Shown here: piece after piece, positions 21,255-31,760 of the stretch
Layout of the letters: every line of letters starts with the position of its first letter
How positions within the stretch are numbered: position 1 is the stretch's first letter
Notes under the pieces: generated by a model
Seen by the model: the letters and a program-made list of their open reading frames with translations, nothing else
Told to the model about the DNA's origin: nothing
The model's database searches: none
NCBI RefSeq assembly: GCF_058153355.1
Contig: NZ_CM177019.1
Direction: 5' to 3' (one strand)
Length of the DNA stretch: 64,000 nucleotides
Position numbers and translations under genes: made by a program

Positions 21255-22730
21255 CTAAAGACGGAACTGGTTAACCACGGCAAAGACACGCAACTGGTTA
21301 ACATAGTCAGGCGGGAACAGCGTGTTCAGGCGGTTCGGATCGCTGGCATCACGCTCCACAACCAGGTACTGCTTAAACAGTTCGTAGTTTTCCACGATCC
21401 CCGCACGCTCAAGCTGACGGTAGGTTGCCAGCAGTTCCCCTTTGATCACCGCCGGGGTGACAATCGCCTGACCGGGACCAAAGCGGGTACCGTCACTGGC
21501 AAGCTTGTGACGCCCGTACTTACTGGTAATGACGGATTTCAGTTTGCGCAGTACATACGCGCTGGTATGCAGCGTCTCACTGTCGAGGTAGCTGTTATCC
21601 GCAACCCCGTAAGCGTTTTTCCTGTACGTGGTGACATCACGCTGAATGCGCAGTACCCCACTTTCGACATACGCCGTTGCCACGCCATGAGACAGCAGGG
21701 TCTGTTGCTCGGTCATCGTGAACCGTTTCCCCTTCGGTGCAGGCAGCATACCCACCAGCTCACCGGTCTGCGTGGGACGTGCCGGATCGTTGCGAATAAA
21801 CACCGCTGCGCGGGCGGTACGGCTTGCCGCCAGCTCGTCGGCTGGCGTCTGAGTGTCTTTTTCGTATCCCGCCAGGGTAATGTGCTGCTGGTTAAACTGG
21901 TCACCTGCGGTCACCAGTTCTGACAGCGTGCCGATCTTTGCCGTATACACATGACCATACAGCTGACGCGCATAGCTCCAGCGACCGCTGGTATCGTTCA
22001 TCTCGGTCACCAGCGTGTTAACGGAGGCCGTGTCGTTGAACGGCAAGCCAATATAATCAAACGGCTCATCCGCCATTGCAGCCACCGCGCCGGTGAGAAC
22101 CGGAGCGCCCGTTCCGGCGCTCCCCGTCGCCACGGCAATCTGTACGCCCGCTGGCAGCACTTCGCCCCCACCAAAGCCGTAGTAATTGAGGCTGACAGGA
22201 ATTTCATTCCCGCAAAGCCCCTTATGACGCGCGGTCAGTGTGACCACGCCTGCCGAAGATGAGGCCGTAAACGGCAGGGCCGGAACGGCATTGATGGCAT
22301 CTTTGATACTGCTGGCAATCGTCGTGACGTTATCGCCGTTGGTCACCGGTGCCTGCACGCGGGTACGTCCCACATAAACATTCACCGTGCCGGTTTCGGT
22401 TGCTGCTCCGGTCACCGTCAGCGTAACCGTTGCCGCCGCGCCTGTGGCTTCCGGAACGGCAATCACATACAGCTCGCCAAACGGGTCGGTCTGGCGATAA
22501 GCCTCGACCATACGCGCCAGCTGACTTCCCACACCACAAATCTGGCGTGCATAGTCTGCCGACGGCATCAGCACCAGACTGTTGGCAACAATCTCTGCAC
22601 CGTTATTGGCGTGACCAATCAGCAACGATGCCCCGCTGTCCTGTGCAGTATTCGCCGCCGAGTTATCCATTTCCGCATAAAACAGCGGAACCAGCGTATT
22701 CGACGGAATGGTGTTAAAGCTTATCGTCAT
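21255..22730 (-). CDS. contractile tail sheath protein
   Basis: 491 aa; size and position typical of myovirus sheath. Confidence 0.8.
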   Translation of the reverse strand: MTISFNTIPSNTLVPLFYAEMDNSAANTAQDSGASLLIGHANNGAEIVANSLVLMPSADYARQICGVGSQLARMVEAYRQTDPFGELYVIAVPEATGAAATVTLTVTGAATETGTVNVYVGRTRVQAPVTNGDNVTTIASSIKDAINAVPALPFTASSSAGVVTLTARHKGLCGNEIPVSLNYYGFGGGEVLPAGVQIAVATGSAGTGAPVLTGAVAAMADEPFDYIGLPFNDTASVNTLVTEMNDTSGRWSYARQLYGHVYTAKIGTLSELVTAGDQFNQQHITLAGYEKDTQTPADELAASRTARAAVFIRNDPARPTQTGELVGMLPAPKGKRFTMTEQQTLLSHGVATAYVESGVLRIQRDVTTYRKNAYGVADNSYLDSETLHTSAYVLRKLKSVITSKYGRHKLASDGTRFGPGQAIVTPAVIKGELLATYRQLERAGIVENYELFKQYLVVERDASDPNRLNTLFPPDYVNQLRVFAVVNQFRL

Positions 22731-22884
22731 CGGTGTTCACCTTTTTATTCACGCGCCGGATATCACCCGCTGCTTCACGGCGCAGCCAGTAGTTGTTCTC
22801 GTCAACATTTCGCCCTTCGGTGGGCAAAAGGTCACCGCGGGCAGGGTCAGGCACTGACCGCCCTTTAACAGGTTTCACAAACAT
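22714..22884 (-). CDS. small tail-associated protein (below the ORF-track length cutoff)
   Basis: 56 codons MFVKPVKGRSVPDPARGDLLPTEGRNVDENNYWLRREAAGDIRRVNKKVNTDDDKL read from the minus strand; its stop overlaps the sheath start. Confidence 0.45.
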   Translation of the reverse strand: MFVKPVKGRSVPDPARGDLLPTEGRNVDENNYWLRREAAGDIRRVNKKVNTDDDKL

Positions 22885-22892
22885 GAAGATTC

Positions 22893-23453
22893 TCAGGAAG
22901 GAAGGGTTATTTCGGTGTGATGTTCGATATCGCCGTCAGGCCCGTTACCGGGATCGAGATAATCAACATCAATCGCCAGCGTTCGCAGTTCATCCAGACT
23001 GTTCAGCTCATCCTGCTGGCGGGTATCGTCTTCGGTCAGCTCGCTGATGACCGAAAAATCGAACTGATAAATCAGCTCATGACGATTCAGATCCAGCAGC
23101 GTGCCGCCGTCATAGGTAATCGGGTTACCGCACGCTTCCGGGTTCCAGCCCAGCAGGGCCTTAAAGAGCATCTGCCGGACATCGTCCACCACATCATACG
23201 AGGCAAACTGACCGCGCTCATCACGCCCGTTACTCAGTATGACAACCACGGAGAAGCCCTCTTTCAGCTCCTGCCAGTAGTCGGTCTGGCTTTTGTTTTC
23301 TCCCGGAGAATCATCCCCCGGTACCACATATGCCGCCGGGAGTTTCAGCTTTCCGACCTCCGGCAGATTTTTGAACTGGGCCGCGCCTGCCACCCGGTTT
23401 TCAAAATACGGGCAGCGGGCACGCAGCGCAGCAATAACAGGCGTCAGTTTCAT
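22893..23453 (-). CDS. tail completion/neck protein (Mu gp37-like)
   Basis: 186 aa; position between head-tail joining genes and the sheath. Confidence 0.5.
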   Translation of the reverse strand: MKLTPVIAALRARCPYFENRVAGAAQFKNLPEVGKLKLPAAYVVPGDDSPGENKSQTDYWQELKEGFSVVVILSNGRDERGQFASYDVVDDVRQMLFKALLGWNPEACGNPITYDGGTLLDLNRHELIYQFDFSVISELTEDDTRQQDELNSLDELRTLAIDVDYLDPGNGPDGDIEHHTEITLPS

Positions 23454-24001
23454 GTTTTTTTCCTTCTTACAGGACGTAATGACCGCTGTAACTCACGGGA
23501 CAGTAACTTTTGTGTCCAGTAACGACGCTGGTCGATGACATCAGCCATAAAGTTATTACGTGGTGCCAGCCGCCAGCGGGATGAATGCTGCTTTTTCTGG
23601 CGCTTATCCTTTTTGCTCATCCCGTATGCGGCATGACGCACACCGTAATACAGAAACGCCGGATAATACGCAGAACCTTCAGGAAAACGCCGGTTACCCT
23701 GCCCGTTTTTCTGGTTAGGGGAAATCCTGACCATCAGGCCAGAACGACGGGAGCTTTTACGGGGGACGTAATAACCTATAGAACGCGCAAGTCGTCCGGT
23801 CTGATAGCCGGGGTTTTCACCTGGAGCAGACCGACCACGTCGCATCACCAGCCGCCGGGCATCACGCATATAGACACGCCCGATTTGAACAAATGCCCTT
23901 CGGAGCCTGGCACGATTAAACTCCATCTCCTCCGGTTGTTTGAAATCAACGTGTAAAAATGCTGTCTGCTCCACTGCGTCCTCCCATTTGTTCTTCGGCA
24001 C
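23450..24001 (-). CDS. neck/tail terminator-like protein
   Basis: 183 aa, basic; overlapping-start arrangement within the structural operon. Confidence 0.45.
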   Translation of the reverse strand: MPKNKWEDAVEQTAFLHVDFKQPEEMEFNRARLRRAFVQIGRVYMRDARRLVMRRGRSAPGENPGYQTGRLARSIGYYVPRKSSRRSGLMVRISPNQKNGQGNRRFPEGSAYYPAFLYYGVRHAAYGMSKKDKRQKKQHSSRWRLAPRNNFMADVIDQRRYWTQKLLSRELQRSLRPVRRKKT

Positions 24002-24356
24002 CCAGTTCCGTACACTCCAGCAGCAGAAAGCGCCGCGCCCCGTTCAGATCACGCTGACGTTTCACCCGGTACACACTGTCATCACAGACCACCTCATAAT
24101 CAGCAGTGATCCCCCGGCGGTAGCGAATGGTGATGTAATGGGTGATGGCGTCTCCGATCTGCGCGGTTTCCTGCCAGGTGGTGGCACTGGTCTGGATAAC
24201 CTTCGCCCATGCCCGGAACGCAACCGGGTATTGAGGCTCCACGCCAAAGTTATCCGCGGGCATATCCACCCGCTGGCGGATCAGGACGCGTTTATTCAGC
24301 TCGCCTGGGTCAGGCAGAATGTAGGTTGCGCTGGTCTGCGCCTGACGAATTTTCAT
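23946..24356 (-). CDS. head-tail adaptor protein
   Basis: 136 aa; position after the connector gene in an HK97-type head module. Confidence 0.5.
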   Translation of the reverse strand: MKIRQAQTSATYILPDPGELNKRVLIRQRVDMPADNFGVEPQYPVAFRAWAKVIQTSATTWQETAQIGDAITHYITIRYRRGITADYEVVCDDSVYRVKRQRDLNGARRFLLLECTELGAEEQMGGRSGADSIFTR

Positions 24357-24721
24357 AGTGGTATAAGGCGATAAGGAGCAACCAACCAGTTAAAGCTCAT
24401 TGGCAACTCCATTTTCTCAACGTCTGTAACCGTTGAGCGGTTTTCGTAGAAATGGCTGACAAGTAGCAGGAGCGCCAGCTTCACATCATCAGATATCACA
24501 AGCCCATCAGGATCATCCGCAGGCCTGTCATCTGCGGTTGCATACAACGTACGGTTAAGGAAGTTTTCCGTCCGACTCTGAGCGGCCTTCCCAAGTAGTT
24601 CAAGCAACTCATCTTCATCAGAGAAATCATCATCCAGACGAAGCTGAAGCTTAATCTCTTCCATTTTTAACAGCATAAAACCTCCTGTGCCCGCCAGAAC
24701 GCGGGCACAAAAAAACCGCAT
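24353..24721 (-). CDS. head-tail connector (gp6-like)
   Basis: 122 aa, acidic; immediately downstream of the major capsid gene. Confidence 0.55.
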   Translation of the reverse strand: MRFFCARVLAGTGGFMLLKMEEIKLQLRLDDDFSDEDELLELLGKAAQSRTENFLNRTLYATADDRPADDPDGLVISDDVKLALLLLVSHFYENRSTVTDVEKMELPMSFNWLVAPYRLIPL

Positions 24722-24754
24722 TACGCGGCGTGCTGTATTACGTAAAAAGACTAA

Positions 24755-25984
24755 TCAACCACCAACGCTACCTTTCCCCACCAGCGCTTTAATGGCAGAG
24801 GTGTCTTCCAGGATACAGTCAAAACGATGGAAGGCCAGAAAACCGGTCTGATCATATTCCGCGTAACGCTCAACCAGACGTTTAAGAATCATGTATCGCA
24901 CACGACGGATAATGAAGCGATCAAAGTCACCACAGAACATGAATTTTTTACCCGCCCCGATATCATCAATTTCCTGATCAATGACATACGGTACATTCAA
25001 CACTGAAGCAGGTGCCACACCAACAATATCCGGCAACCATAAAGGGCGTCCCTGACCGTCTTCCATCTCACTGATCAGTTTCAGCGTATTATCGTTAAAC
25101 GCCAGGCGGAATTTCGGTCCGCGACGATATGCAGGATCAATGCTGTGTTTCAGAGCCAGAATTTCCTGCCACTTCACCGCATTTGCCGCGGCAGTCTGTG
25201 TTGTGCCGGTCACTGATGCTGCCAGCCCTTTGGGTTGTTTAGGCGTACCAGCACCAGTCCCCTGAATCAGATAACGGGCTTCACCACGACCAATACGTTC
25301 AGCAATGCGACGGGCAAGATAAGCTTCCATATCGATCGCGCTGTCCTGCAGCAACTCATTAGACACACGAATGATTTTCGATGTCATTTTGAGCGCCCCA
25401 AGGCTTCCCATACCGAAATCGGTGTCTTCTTCACCGGCTTCTTCATTTTCGCCCAGCAGAACACCAACTTCGGAAGTACCATCAGCTGTTGCCCACTCCA
25501 TAGTGCGACCGTCAGAAGTGGTAAGAATCTGCGCCACACTGGCGATGCCACCGTAGGATTTCATCTTCTCAACAACTTTCGCCAGGAATGTTTCTGGTAC
25601 GGTATATCCGCCCTTTTCATCCTGAGCTACGCCCTGGGCACGAAGTTCACGCAACGCCTTTCGTTCTTCTGATGTCAGCTCACTGGCACCGTGACGCATC
25701 CACTTATCAAAAACCTGAGCTCGTTTCTCATCCTGTTGCGGATTGTTTTCCGGCTCAAGATTCTGACGCTGCTCTTCCTCATTGCTTTCAATGTACGCCT
25801 GATCCTGACGACGCAGTTCTTCTTCGCGTGCAATTCGTTCATCAAGCGCTTCCAGTTCGGATTTTGCTTTGTTCCACTCAGTGCGCTGCTCTTCCGTCCA
25901 TGCGTTATCACCAATTTTTTCATTCAGGGCGCGCATGTCAGTTGCGATAGTATTACGTTTCTGTTTCAGTTCATGCAGTTTCAT
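24755..25984 (-). CDS. major capsid protein, HK97 family, with N-terminal coiled-coil delta domain
   Basis: 409 aa; N-terminal ~100 aa charged coiled coil (MKLHELKQKRNTIATDMRALNEKIG...), then a capsid fold region; follows the prohead protease gene. Confidence 0.8.
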   Translation of the reverse strand: MKLHELKQKRNTIATDMRALNEKIGDNAWTEEQRTEWNKAKSELEALDERIAREEELRRQDQAYIESNEEEQRQNLEPENNPQQDEKRAQVFDKWMRHGASELTSEERKALRELRAQGVAQDEKGGYTVPETFLAKVVEKMKSYGGIASVAQILTTSDGRTMEWATADGTSEVGVLLGENEEAGEEDTDFGMGSLGALKMTSKIIRVSNELLQDSAIDMEAYLARRIAERIGRGEARYLIQGTGAGTPKQPKGLAASVTGTTQTAAANAVKWQEILALKHSIDPAYRRGPKFRLAFNDNTLKLISEMEDGQGRPLWLPDIVGVAPASVLNVPYVIDQEIDDIGAGKKFMFCGDFDRFIIRRVRYMILKRLVERYAEYDQTGFLAFHRFDCILEDTSAIKALVGKGSVGG

Positions 25985-25994
25985 GATGTTTCCT

Positions 25995-26654
25995 TTACGC
26001 GTTAAGAAGGGTCAGGACGCGTTCACGCGCCATACGTTGATTAATGGCTTTCTGTAGCGCGCCGCTGTTGCGCGCCTCCTGCCATGCTTTCATGGAGCGA
26101 ACAGCCGAGTCAGCCTCCTGATAGGCAGGATATGTCACAGGACTGACATCCAGCAGACGGGAAAAGCGGGTTATCTCGCGAATAACAACCCCGTCCTCAT
26201 CCTGATACCACTCCTCGCCGTCACGGGCGACACGGAAAGCAAAAGATGACTGGTTAATATCTCCACGTTGCATCGGGGCCAGCACCAGATCACGAATGGT
26301 CTGTGTCTCCGGAGCCTGGATGTCATAGCGTAATCCGCGCTCATCAACTGAAAGATTCAGCGTGCCTGCTGCACTACGCCCAAGAATAAAATTAGGATCG
26401 TGGTTAAACAGTGCGCGTACATCATCACCAAGCACATCGTCAAAAGCGCCGGGCCGGATGATTTCGCGGAATGAACCAAATATCAGCTCAGAACGACAGT
26501 CAAACACCGATCCATAACCGATAATGTGCGCAGGGTTATCGTCATGCCGCTCAGCACGCACCTCACCGCTGTAACAACGGATTTCACGGTCATTCATTGG
26601 TTTTTCCCTCATCATTTTTTGGGGGCTTAAAATCTCCTGCCGGGTTAGCAGCAT
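25995..26654 (-). CDS. prohead protease, HK97 family
   Basis: 219 aa between the portal and capsid genes. Confidence 0.75.
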   Translation of the reverse strand: MLLTRQEILSPQKMMREKPMNDREIRCYSGEVRAERHDDNPAHIIGYGSVFDCRSELIFGSFREIIRPGAFDDVLGDDVRALFNHDPNFILGRSAAGTLNLSVDERGLRYDIQAPETQTIRDLVLAPMQRGDINQSSFAFRVARDGEEWYQDEDGVVIREITRFSRLLDVSPVTYPAYQEADSAVRSMKAWQEARNSGALQKAINQRMARERVLTLLNA

Positions 26655-27846
26655 TCACGCTTACCAGCATCTCATCCAGCCCTTCAACCGGATTCATATC
26701 CTCGAATGCGCGGGCCTCATTACGGCTCATCCATCCATCGGTAATAGCGAAGTGATAGAATTGCGCGCGCTCCTGCGGAGTTCCGCGTAAAAGCCCCGTC
26801 AGATTGAACCTGACGTAATACCCGGCGGCTAACTCAGCGCGGGTAAACAAGCGACGGTTAAGCTCCTGCTCCCAGTTCGTCACCCACGGCATCATCGTGT
26901 AGCGGACAAACTGAATCGCCTGCGCAGAAATATTGGAGAAGGTGGCTTTTTCGAGGTCATTAATCATGTGCGCAGGAATATTGAAAATACCGGCAATCAT
27001 TGAACGGTTCAGTTTCATCATGTCAATGATCTGAGCGTCAACTGGCGACACAGTCAGTGCCTTGTAATCCAGATCGGCTGGCAACAGCATGGTTTTGTTT
27101 TCCTGGCTGCGTAACGCCTGCGATGCCTTCTGCCACTGATCTTTAAGCCAGCCCCAGCTGTCCTTATTGAGTCCGCTTTTAACGGATACTATCCCCGCCG
27201 GACGGGCATTACCGCTGAAGAAGCTTTCTGTGTATTTCTGACCGCTCATCCCCATGCCTATTGTTTCGGCATGTTGCATAATCGGACTCAGCCCCATCTT
27301 CTGATTATTACCCAGCGCACGAATGTGGATCATATCGTCGGGGCTGATCGCAAACGCCCCATATTCGTTGTACAAACCGTAGGTGTATCGGCCACCAGTA
27401 TTCATCAGCGTCGTTTCCCACGGCATACAGCAATCCAGGGATATGACTTCACCGCGACGATTACGTTTCACCCAGGTATACCCATTCCCCCAGCCAAGGA
27501 TGTGACGTTGCTTCAGTTCGCGCCATTTGTAACTGGTTTGCCAGGTATTGGGCTCATCATGAACCAGATAAAACGCCGGATGATCGCGTGCGGGCTCAAC
27601 CTTCCCATTGTGCCTGCGCATAACATGCAACGGCATCTGGGCAAGGCTGGAAGACAGGACATAGATACAGGAATACACCGCAGCCAGTTTCATCGCAGTT
27701 TCAGGACTGACATAAACGTCTGCCCGGAACAGCCCATCAGTATCAACGGCATCCCCGGTTATCGGGGTGGAAGGATTCTCCAGTGCTTTACTTCTGAACA
27801 GAGCATCAAGCAGCACGCGTCCCCCTTCTGGCCATAGCCAGTGCAC
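26590..27846 (-). CDS. portal protein, HK97 family
   Basis: 418 aa downstream of the terminase large subunit; the true start may be an internal Met. Confidence 0.8.
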   Translation of the reverse strand: MHWLWPEGGRVLLDALFRSKALENPSTPITGDAVDTDGLFRADVYVSPETAMKLAAVYSCIYVLSSSLAQMPLHVMRRHNGKVEPARDHPAFYLVHDEPNTWQTSYKWRELKQRHILGWGNGYTWVKRNRRGEVISLDCCMPWETTLMNTGGRYTYGLYNEYGAFAISPDDMIHIRALGNNQKMGLSPIMQHAETIGMGMSGQKYTESFFSGNARPAGIVSVKSGLNKDSWGWLKDQWQKASQALRSQENKTMLLPADLDYKALTVSPVDAQIIDMMKLNRSMIAGIFNIPAHMINDLEKATFSNISAQAIQFVRYTMMPWVTNWEQELNRRLFTRAELAAGYYVRFNLTGLLRGTPQERAQFYHFAITDGWMSRNEARAFEDMNPVEGLDEMLVSVNAANPAGDFKPPKNDEGKTNE

Positions 27847-27967
27847 CCACCAGCAGTAAACCGCCGGACAGCATCAGAGCCGGAGCCATACCAAACTGCA
27901 GGTAAAACCCGCACGCAAGCAGGCCAAAACCAGCCAGCCCGATAACATCAGCAATTAGTGATTTCAT
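27806..27967 (-). CDS. small hydrophobic protein translationally coupled to the terminase (not in ORF track)
   Basis: 53 codons [53 protein letters not shown]; its ATG overlaps the terminase TGA. Confidence 0.35.
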   Translation of the reverse strand: MKSLIADVIGLAGFGLLACGFYLQFGMAPALMLSGGLLLVGALAMARRGTRAA

Positions 27968-29697
27968 AGAATTAAGAGAGCATCGTCCGGATCAAGAGAT
28001 GAGAGGAAATCGTCGGGTTCTTTGAGCATTGCCCGACCGATCGCCATAATCAGTGCAACCGCACCATCGATTTTGTTTTCCGCCTGCTCCTTGACAGGCT
28101 TCACCACATCATCGTTACCCGGAATAGTTTTGCCGACCACGTTGCCGATACACCAGGTCATGATGGGATTGCCGTCATGATGAAAGCGCCCCGATTCAAT
28201 CGCCGCTTCCAGCTCTTTCATCGGATCGGACATGTTGGTGTAGTTCTGAATGATGGTGATGGGGTTCAGGTCTTCATCAGCAAGGTCATGCGACAGCCCG
28301 GTCGCCCCGAAGGGGTCGATGGGTGACTCACTGACCGGGCTGATTTTGTTCGCCGCTTTGGCCTCCTCGAGGATGTAGCGATAATCCACCTCCGCACCAG
28401 CGGTAACAGTCAGAACGCCCATTTCCACCCATTTCTGAAAGCGTTCGGCTGTCCGGCGATCTTCATTTTTCTCGACGCTGTACACCGTGTCATACGGTAC
28501 CCAGAAACGCGGAGCCACACTGTAGTAATGCGTTTTACCGTCAATCTCGCGGGTATAAAGTCGCGCCATGCTGTTCATATCCAGCTTACGCGCCAGGTCA
28601 AAGGCCAGAATGCACGGCTGCCCCTCGAACTGCTCAAGGGACAGTGATTTATCCTCGCAGCTCTGCCAGCTCACCAGGTTGAAATACGCCGAACGCGCCG
28701 ACACCCAGATATTGAGGTGTTTTGTTTTAAAGACGTTTGCCAGACGGGCGTTATTTTTCGCACGCTGCTGCTGACTTAACAAAAATTCGCGATAAACCGA
28801 CACGCCAATATTCGGGTTAGCTTTTTCCAGCACCTGCGGGTCGGTCCAGTCATCGCCTTCGTCAACGGTATAGATGATCCCGAACAATTCATCGTTGGGT
28901 ACCGACCCGTTGAGCATCTCGATAACTTCCCGCCGCTTGTCGTAGCACGGCCCCTCAATGTTGTACCCGGCGGTGGTGATGGCCCACATCAGTGGCTGAC
29001 GTCGCGCCCCCATCCCGGTAAGCATCGTGGTATAAAGCGCATCGGTGGCGTGCTCGTGATATTCATCCACGACGGCACAGTGGGGTGATGAACCATCACC
29101 GGGGTTACCGATCAGCGGTTCAAACCGCGCGCCATCCTCCGGACGGTTCATGTTTGAGGCGTTAACCTCAATCCCGAACGCTTCCGTCAGCATGGGTGTG
29201 CGTTTACACATCAGTCGAGCCGGGCGAAAGACTTCCCACGCCTGTTTCTCTGTCGTGGCACCGGAATACACTTCCGCGCCAAACTCGTTATCACAGGCAA
29301 AACAATACAGGGCAACACCGGCAGAGATTGCCGATTTGCCGTTCTTACGGGGGATTTCGGTATACACCTCCCTGAAGCGGCGCAGCCGGGAGCCTTTATT
29401 GACCCAGCCAAACGCACAGCAGATCACAAAGAGCTGCCACGGTTCCAGCGTGATGGGCATCCTCTTGAATGCCCACTCCCCCTTGGTGTGTGGCAACAGC
29501 TGAATAAATTTCGCGGCCCGTTCAGCCAGGTCCTTGTCGAAGCGGTAACGAAACGACTTACTTTTTTCCGCCATCAGGTCATCAAGATGGCGCTGGCAGG
29601 CCTGAATCACAAACTGGCAGGCCACAATCTTTCCGCGCACGACATCACGGGCATACTGATTGGCAGCATTTACGTTGGGGTAAGATTTCCGGCTCAT
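27964..29697 (-). CDS. terminase large subunit
   Basis: 577 aa; ATPase/nuclease size and position; overlaps the small subunit gene. Confidence 0.85.
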   Translation of the reverse strand: MSRKSYPNVNAANQYARDVVRGKIVACQFVIQACQRHLDDLMAEKSKSFRYRFDKDLAERAAKFIQLLPHTKGEWAFKRMPITLEPWQLFVICCAFGWVNKGSRLRRFREVYTEIPRKNGKSAISAGVALYCFACDNEFGAEVYSGATTEKQAWEVFRPARLMCKRTPMLTEAFGIEVNASNMNRPEDGARFEPLIGNPGDGSSPHCAVVDEYHEHATDALYTTMLTGMGARRQPLMWAITTAGYNIEGPCYDKRREVIEMLNGSVPNDELFGIIYTVDEGDDWTDPQVLEKANPNIGVSVYREFLLSQQQRAKNNARLANVFKTKHLNIWVSARSAYFNLVSWQSCEDKSLSLEQFEGQPCILAFDLARKLDMNSMARLYTREIDGKTHYYSVAPRFWVPYDTVYSVEKNEDRRTAERFQKWVEMGVLTVTAGAEVDYRYILEEAKAANKISPVSESPIDPFGATGLSHDLADEDLNPITIIQNYTNMSDPMKELEAAIESGRFHHDGNPIMTWCIGNVVGKTIPGNDDVVKPVKEQAENKIDGAVALIMAIGRAMLKEPDDFLSSLDPDDALLIL

Positions 29698-30197
29698 GAT
29701 TCGATGATTTTCAGAAACGGGTTAGTGGCTTTCTTCTGCCCCGCCAGGCCAATCAGACGCTGGCGGCTGCTGGGGTCGAGTCCGAGCATTGCCCCCGTGC
29801 TGCTCATCTCGGACTCCTGTTCTTTTTTGGCTGTCAGCTCCGGATTTTTGACCCTGCCGCCCATTGCGCCGGTGATGGTGTTGCCCTGTATGGCAATATT
29901 TTTCACGGCACGTCGCCAGAACTCATAGGCCACGCACCACCGCTCAAGCACCGCGAGGTCAGTCACGCACAGCAGGCCCTGACCGCAGAGTTCTTTGGTT
30001 GTCAGTTGCCACATGATCGTGGCGAGAGTGAGATCTTCTTCAGCGAACCACTCCGGTGGCTCAACACCTTTGATGGGCGTAAAAACAGGTTCATCTTTGT
30101 TCAGGGCTCGCTTGCCGGGGTTTCCGGCCAGCGCCTTGCGCGCCGTTGGCTTGGGGCGACGCCCGGAACGCCCCGCCGTTCCAGCCATATGCGGCAC
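29694..30197 (-). CDS. terminase small subunit (P27-family-like)
   Basis: 167 aa, basic N-terminus; precedes the large subunit. Confidence 0.7.
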   Translation of the reverse strand: MPHMAGTAGRSGRRPKPTARKALAGNPGKRALNKDEPVFTPIKGVEPPEWFAEEDLTLATIMWQLTTKELCGQGLLCVTDLAVLERWCVAYEFWRRAVKNIAIQGNTITGAMGGRVKNPELTAKKEQESEMSSTGAMLGLDPSSRQRLIGLAGQKKATNPFLKIIES

Positions 30198-30313
30198 TCC
30201 TGGTTAAATTTCATTTTTCGCGGGTATAAAAAAACGATGGGGCGGGCAGTCCGGAAGACGTCAGGTCACAGAGATTTGACCCGCCCCTCCCCTCAGACAG
30301 TTGAGAATTATTA

Positions 30314-30664
30314 TCACTTAAGTCGTTCACGGGCCGTCTTCGCCTTATGACACGGCCAGCACAGACTCTGCAGATTACAGTCGGCATCAGTGCCGCCATG
30401 CGCTTTAGGGATGATGTGGTCAACGGTTTTCGCCTCACGCACCACACCAGCACGCAGACATAACTGACACAGGCCTTTGTCACGCTTCAGGACACGCGCG
30501 CGGATACTGTCCCACTTCGAACCATAGCCGCGCTGATGACGGGACTGACCTGGCTTGTATTGCTTCCAGCCTTCACTTTTGTGGCTTTCGCAATAGCCTG
30601 ACGGGTCAGTGGTTGTAGAGCTGCAGCCGCGAATACGGCAGGCCTTTGGGATTCGTGGTGGCAT
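30314..30664 (-). CDS. HNH endonuclease (terminase-associated)
   Basis: 116 aa with CQLCLRAG...DHIIPKAHGGTD...CWPCHKAK (HNH with zinc-binding Cys pairs); sits upstream of the terminase genes as in HK97-type phages. Confidence 0.85.
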   Translation of the reverse strand: MPPRIPKACRIRGCSSTTTDPSGYCESHKSEGWKQYKPGQSRHQRGYGSKWDSIRARVLKRDKGLCQLCLRAGVVREAKTVDHIIPKAHGGTDADCNLQSLCWPCHKAKTARERLK

Positions 30665-30689
30665 TTATCAATCTCCACTCAATTCCTTT

Positions 30690-31214
30690 CTACTTCGTCA
30701 TCATTTTACTAAGTTCCTGAGGAGTCAATTCCCATGTAATAAACCGAGAAGACTCCAAAACATCATCTTCTCCGAGCAAGTATTTACGTATATTCTTCAT
30801 GAAGACCCTATAATCTGGGGCATCATTCTTGTGCGACAGAATTTTAGACAATTCCGTTGCTAGATCAGCTGGTAACCATAAAAAAGCCTCATTTGTTAAT
30901 TGTCTTAATCTTTTTCTGTCATAGGGATTTGTCATCCATTCAGACATAAGCTCGGCAATTAATGCCGACTTCATTCTTATCTCATGTTGCCTTTTTTGCT
31001 TATCCAGAATAACAGTGTTTGCTGTTTTTATTGTTTCAAGCATAACATCGTATTCATGCTTGACTGCATTCTGCACAGTGCTTTGTAGCCAAGTTCTCCC
31101 AATAAAAAACATTAAAGGGAGTATTACAACCCAAGCGATTACATTTGCTATCCAACCAGCGTCCATATCTATCCTCATGAAAATAAAAATGATTAACACA
31201 CAAGCTGTTAGCAT
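30690..31214 (-). CDS. hypothetical membrane-anchored protein, AT-rich cargo gene
   Basis: 174 aa; two N-terminal hydrophobic helices followed by a charged soluble domain; clearly lower GC than neighbours; no family recognised. Confidence 0.6.
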   Translation of the reverse strand: MLTACVLIIFIFMRIDMDAGWIANVIAWVVILPLMFFIGRTWLQSTVQNAVKHEYDVMLETIKTANTVILDKQKRQHEIRMKSALIAELMSEWMTNPYDRKRLRQLTNEAFLWLPADLATELSKILSHKNDAPDYRVFMKNIRKYLLGEDDVLESSRFITWELTPQELSKMMTK

Positions 31215-31225
31215 ATAACATTATT

Positions 31226-31483
31226 TCAATGATTACTTCTTTTGCTTTCTATTTTGCGGATTGCAACTTTATCTTGATTACATTGATTTAATGCTGATAA
31301 CAAATTCACATTCAAATCAAGACTTGCACCATACGTCAGTGGGTTGGGTATAAACGGTACAGGAGTATCAGAAGTCAAGCTGACTGGTAGTGGTGTCTTC
31401 GGAATGCTCACGTAAACTGTTCGCGTACTTCCGCAACCTGTCAGCAGCGGCAGCAGGTACAGGACGGGCAGCACAATCATCAT
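31226..31483 (-). CDS. o-spanin Rz1 (outer-membrane lipoprotein), embedded in the Rz gene in another frame
   Basis: MMIVLPVLYLLPLLTGC lipobox; Pro-rich mature part; lies within/overlapping 31368..31760. Confidence 0.65.
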   Translation of the reverse strand: MMIVLPVLYLLPLLTGCGSTRTVYVSIPKTPLPVSLTSDTPVPFIPNPLTYGASLDLNVNLLSALNQCNQDKVAIRKIESKRSNH

Positions 31484-31760
31484 CCGCAACAGCCACTTTA
31501 ATATCTTCCTGGGTTCTCTGTGACTCCAGTGCGATCTGCTGTTTTGCATGCTGGTTAGCCTCCAGAACTGTATTGACGATTTGCATTGATTGCAGGACGT
31601 TATTGGTAATGGCAGTTGCTGATTCAGCATTTTGTACAGCCTCATCAGCACGTTTCTTTTCGTACTGATATTTGCTGTAGTAGTAGTTGGCTGACCAGAT
31701 GAAAGAACCAATGGCAGTAACGAAAAAAGCAGCGATAATCAGCTTATAACTCAACTTCAT
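31368..31760 (-). CDS. i-spanin Rz
   Basis: 130 aa; N-terminal transmembrane segment plus coiled coil; follows the endolysin gene. Confidence 0.7.
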   Translation of the reverse strand: MKLSYKLIIAAFFVTAIGSFIWSANYYYSKYQYEKKRADEAVQNAESATAITNNVLQSMQIVNTVLEANQHAKQQIALESQRTQEDIKVAVADDDCAARPVPAAAADRLRKYANSLREHSEDTTTSQLDF

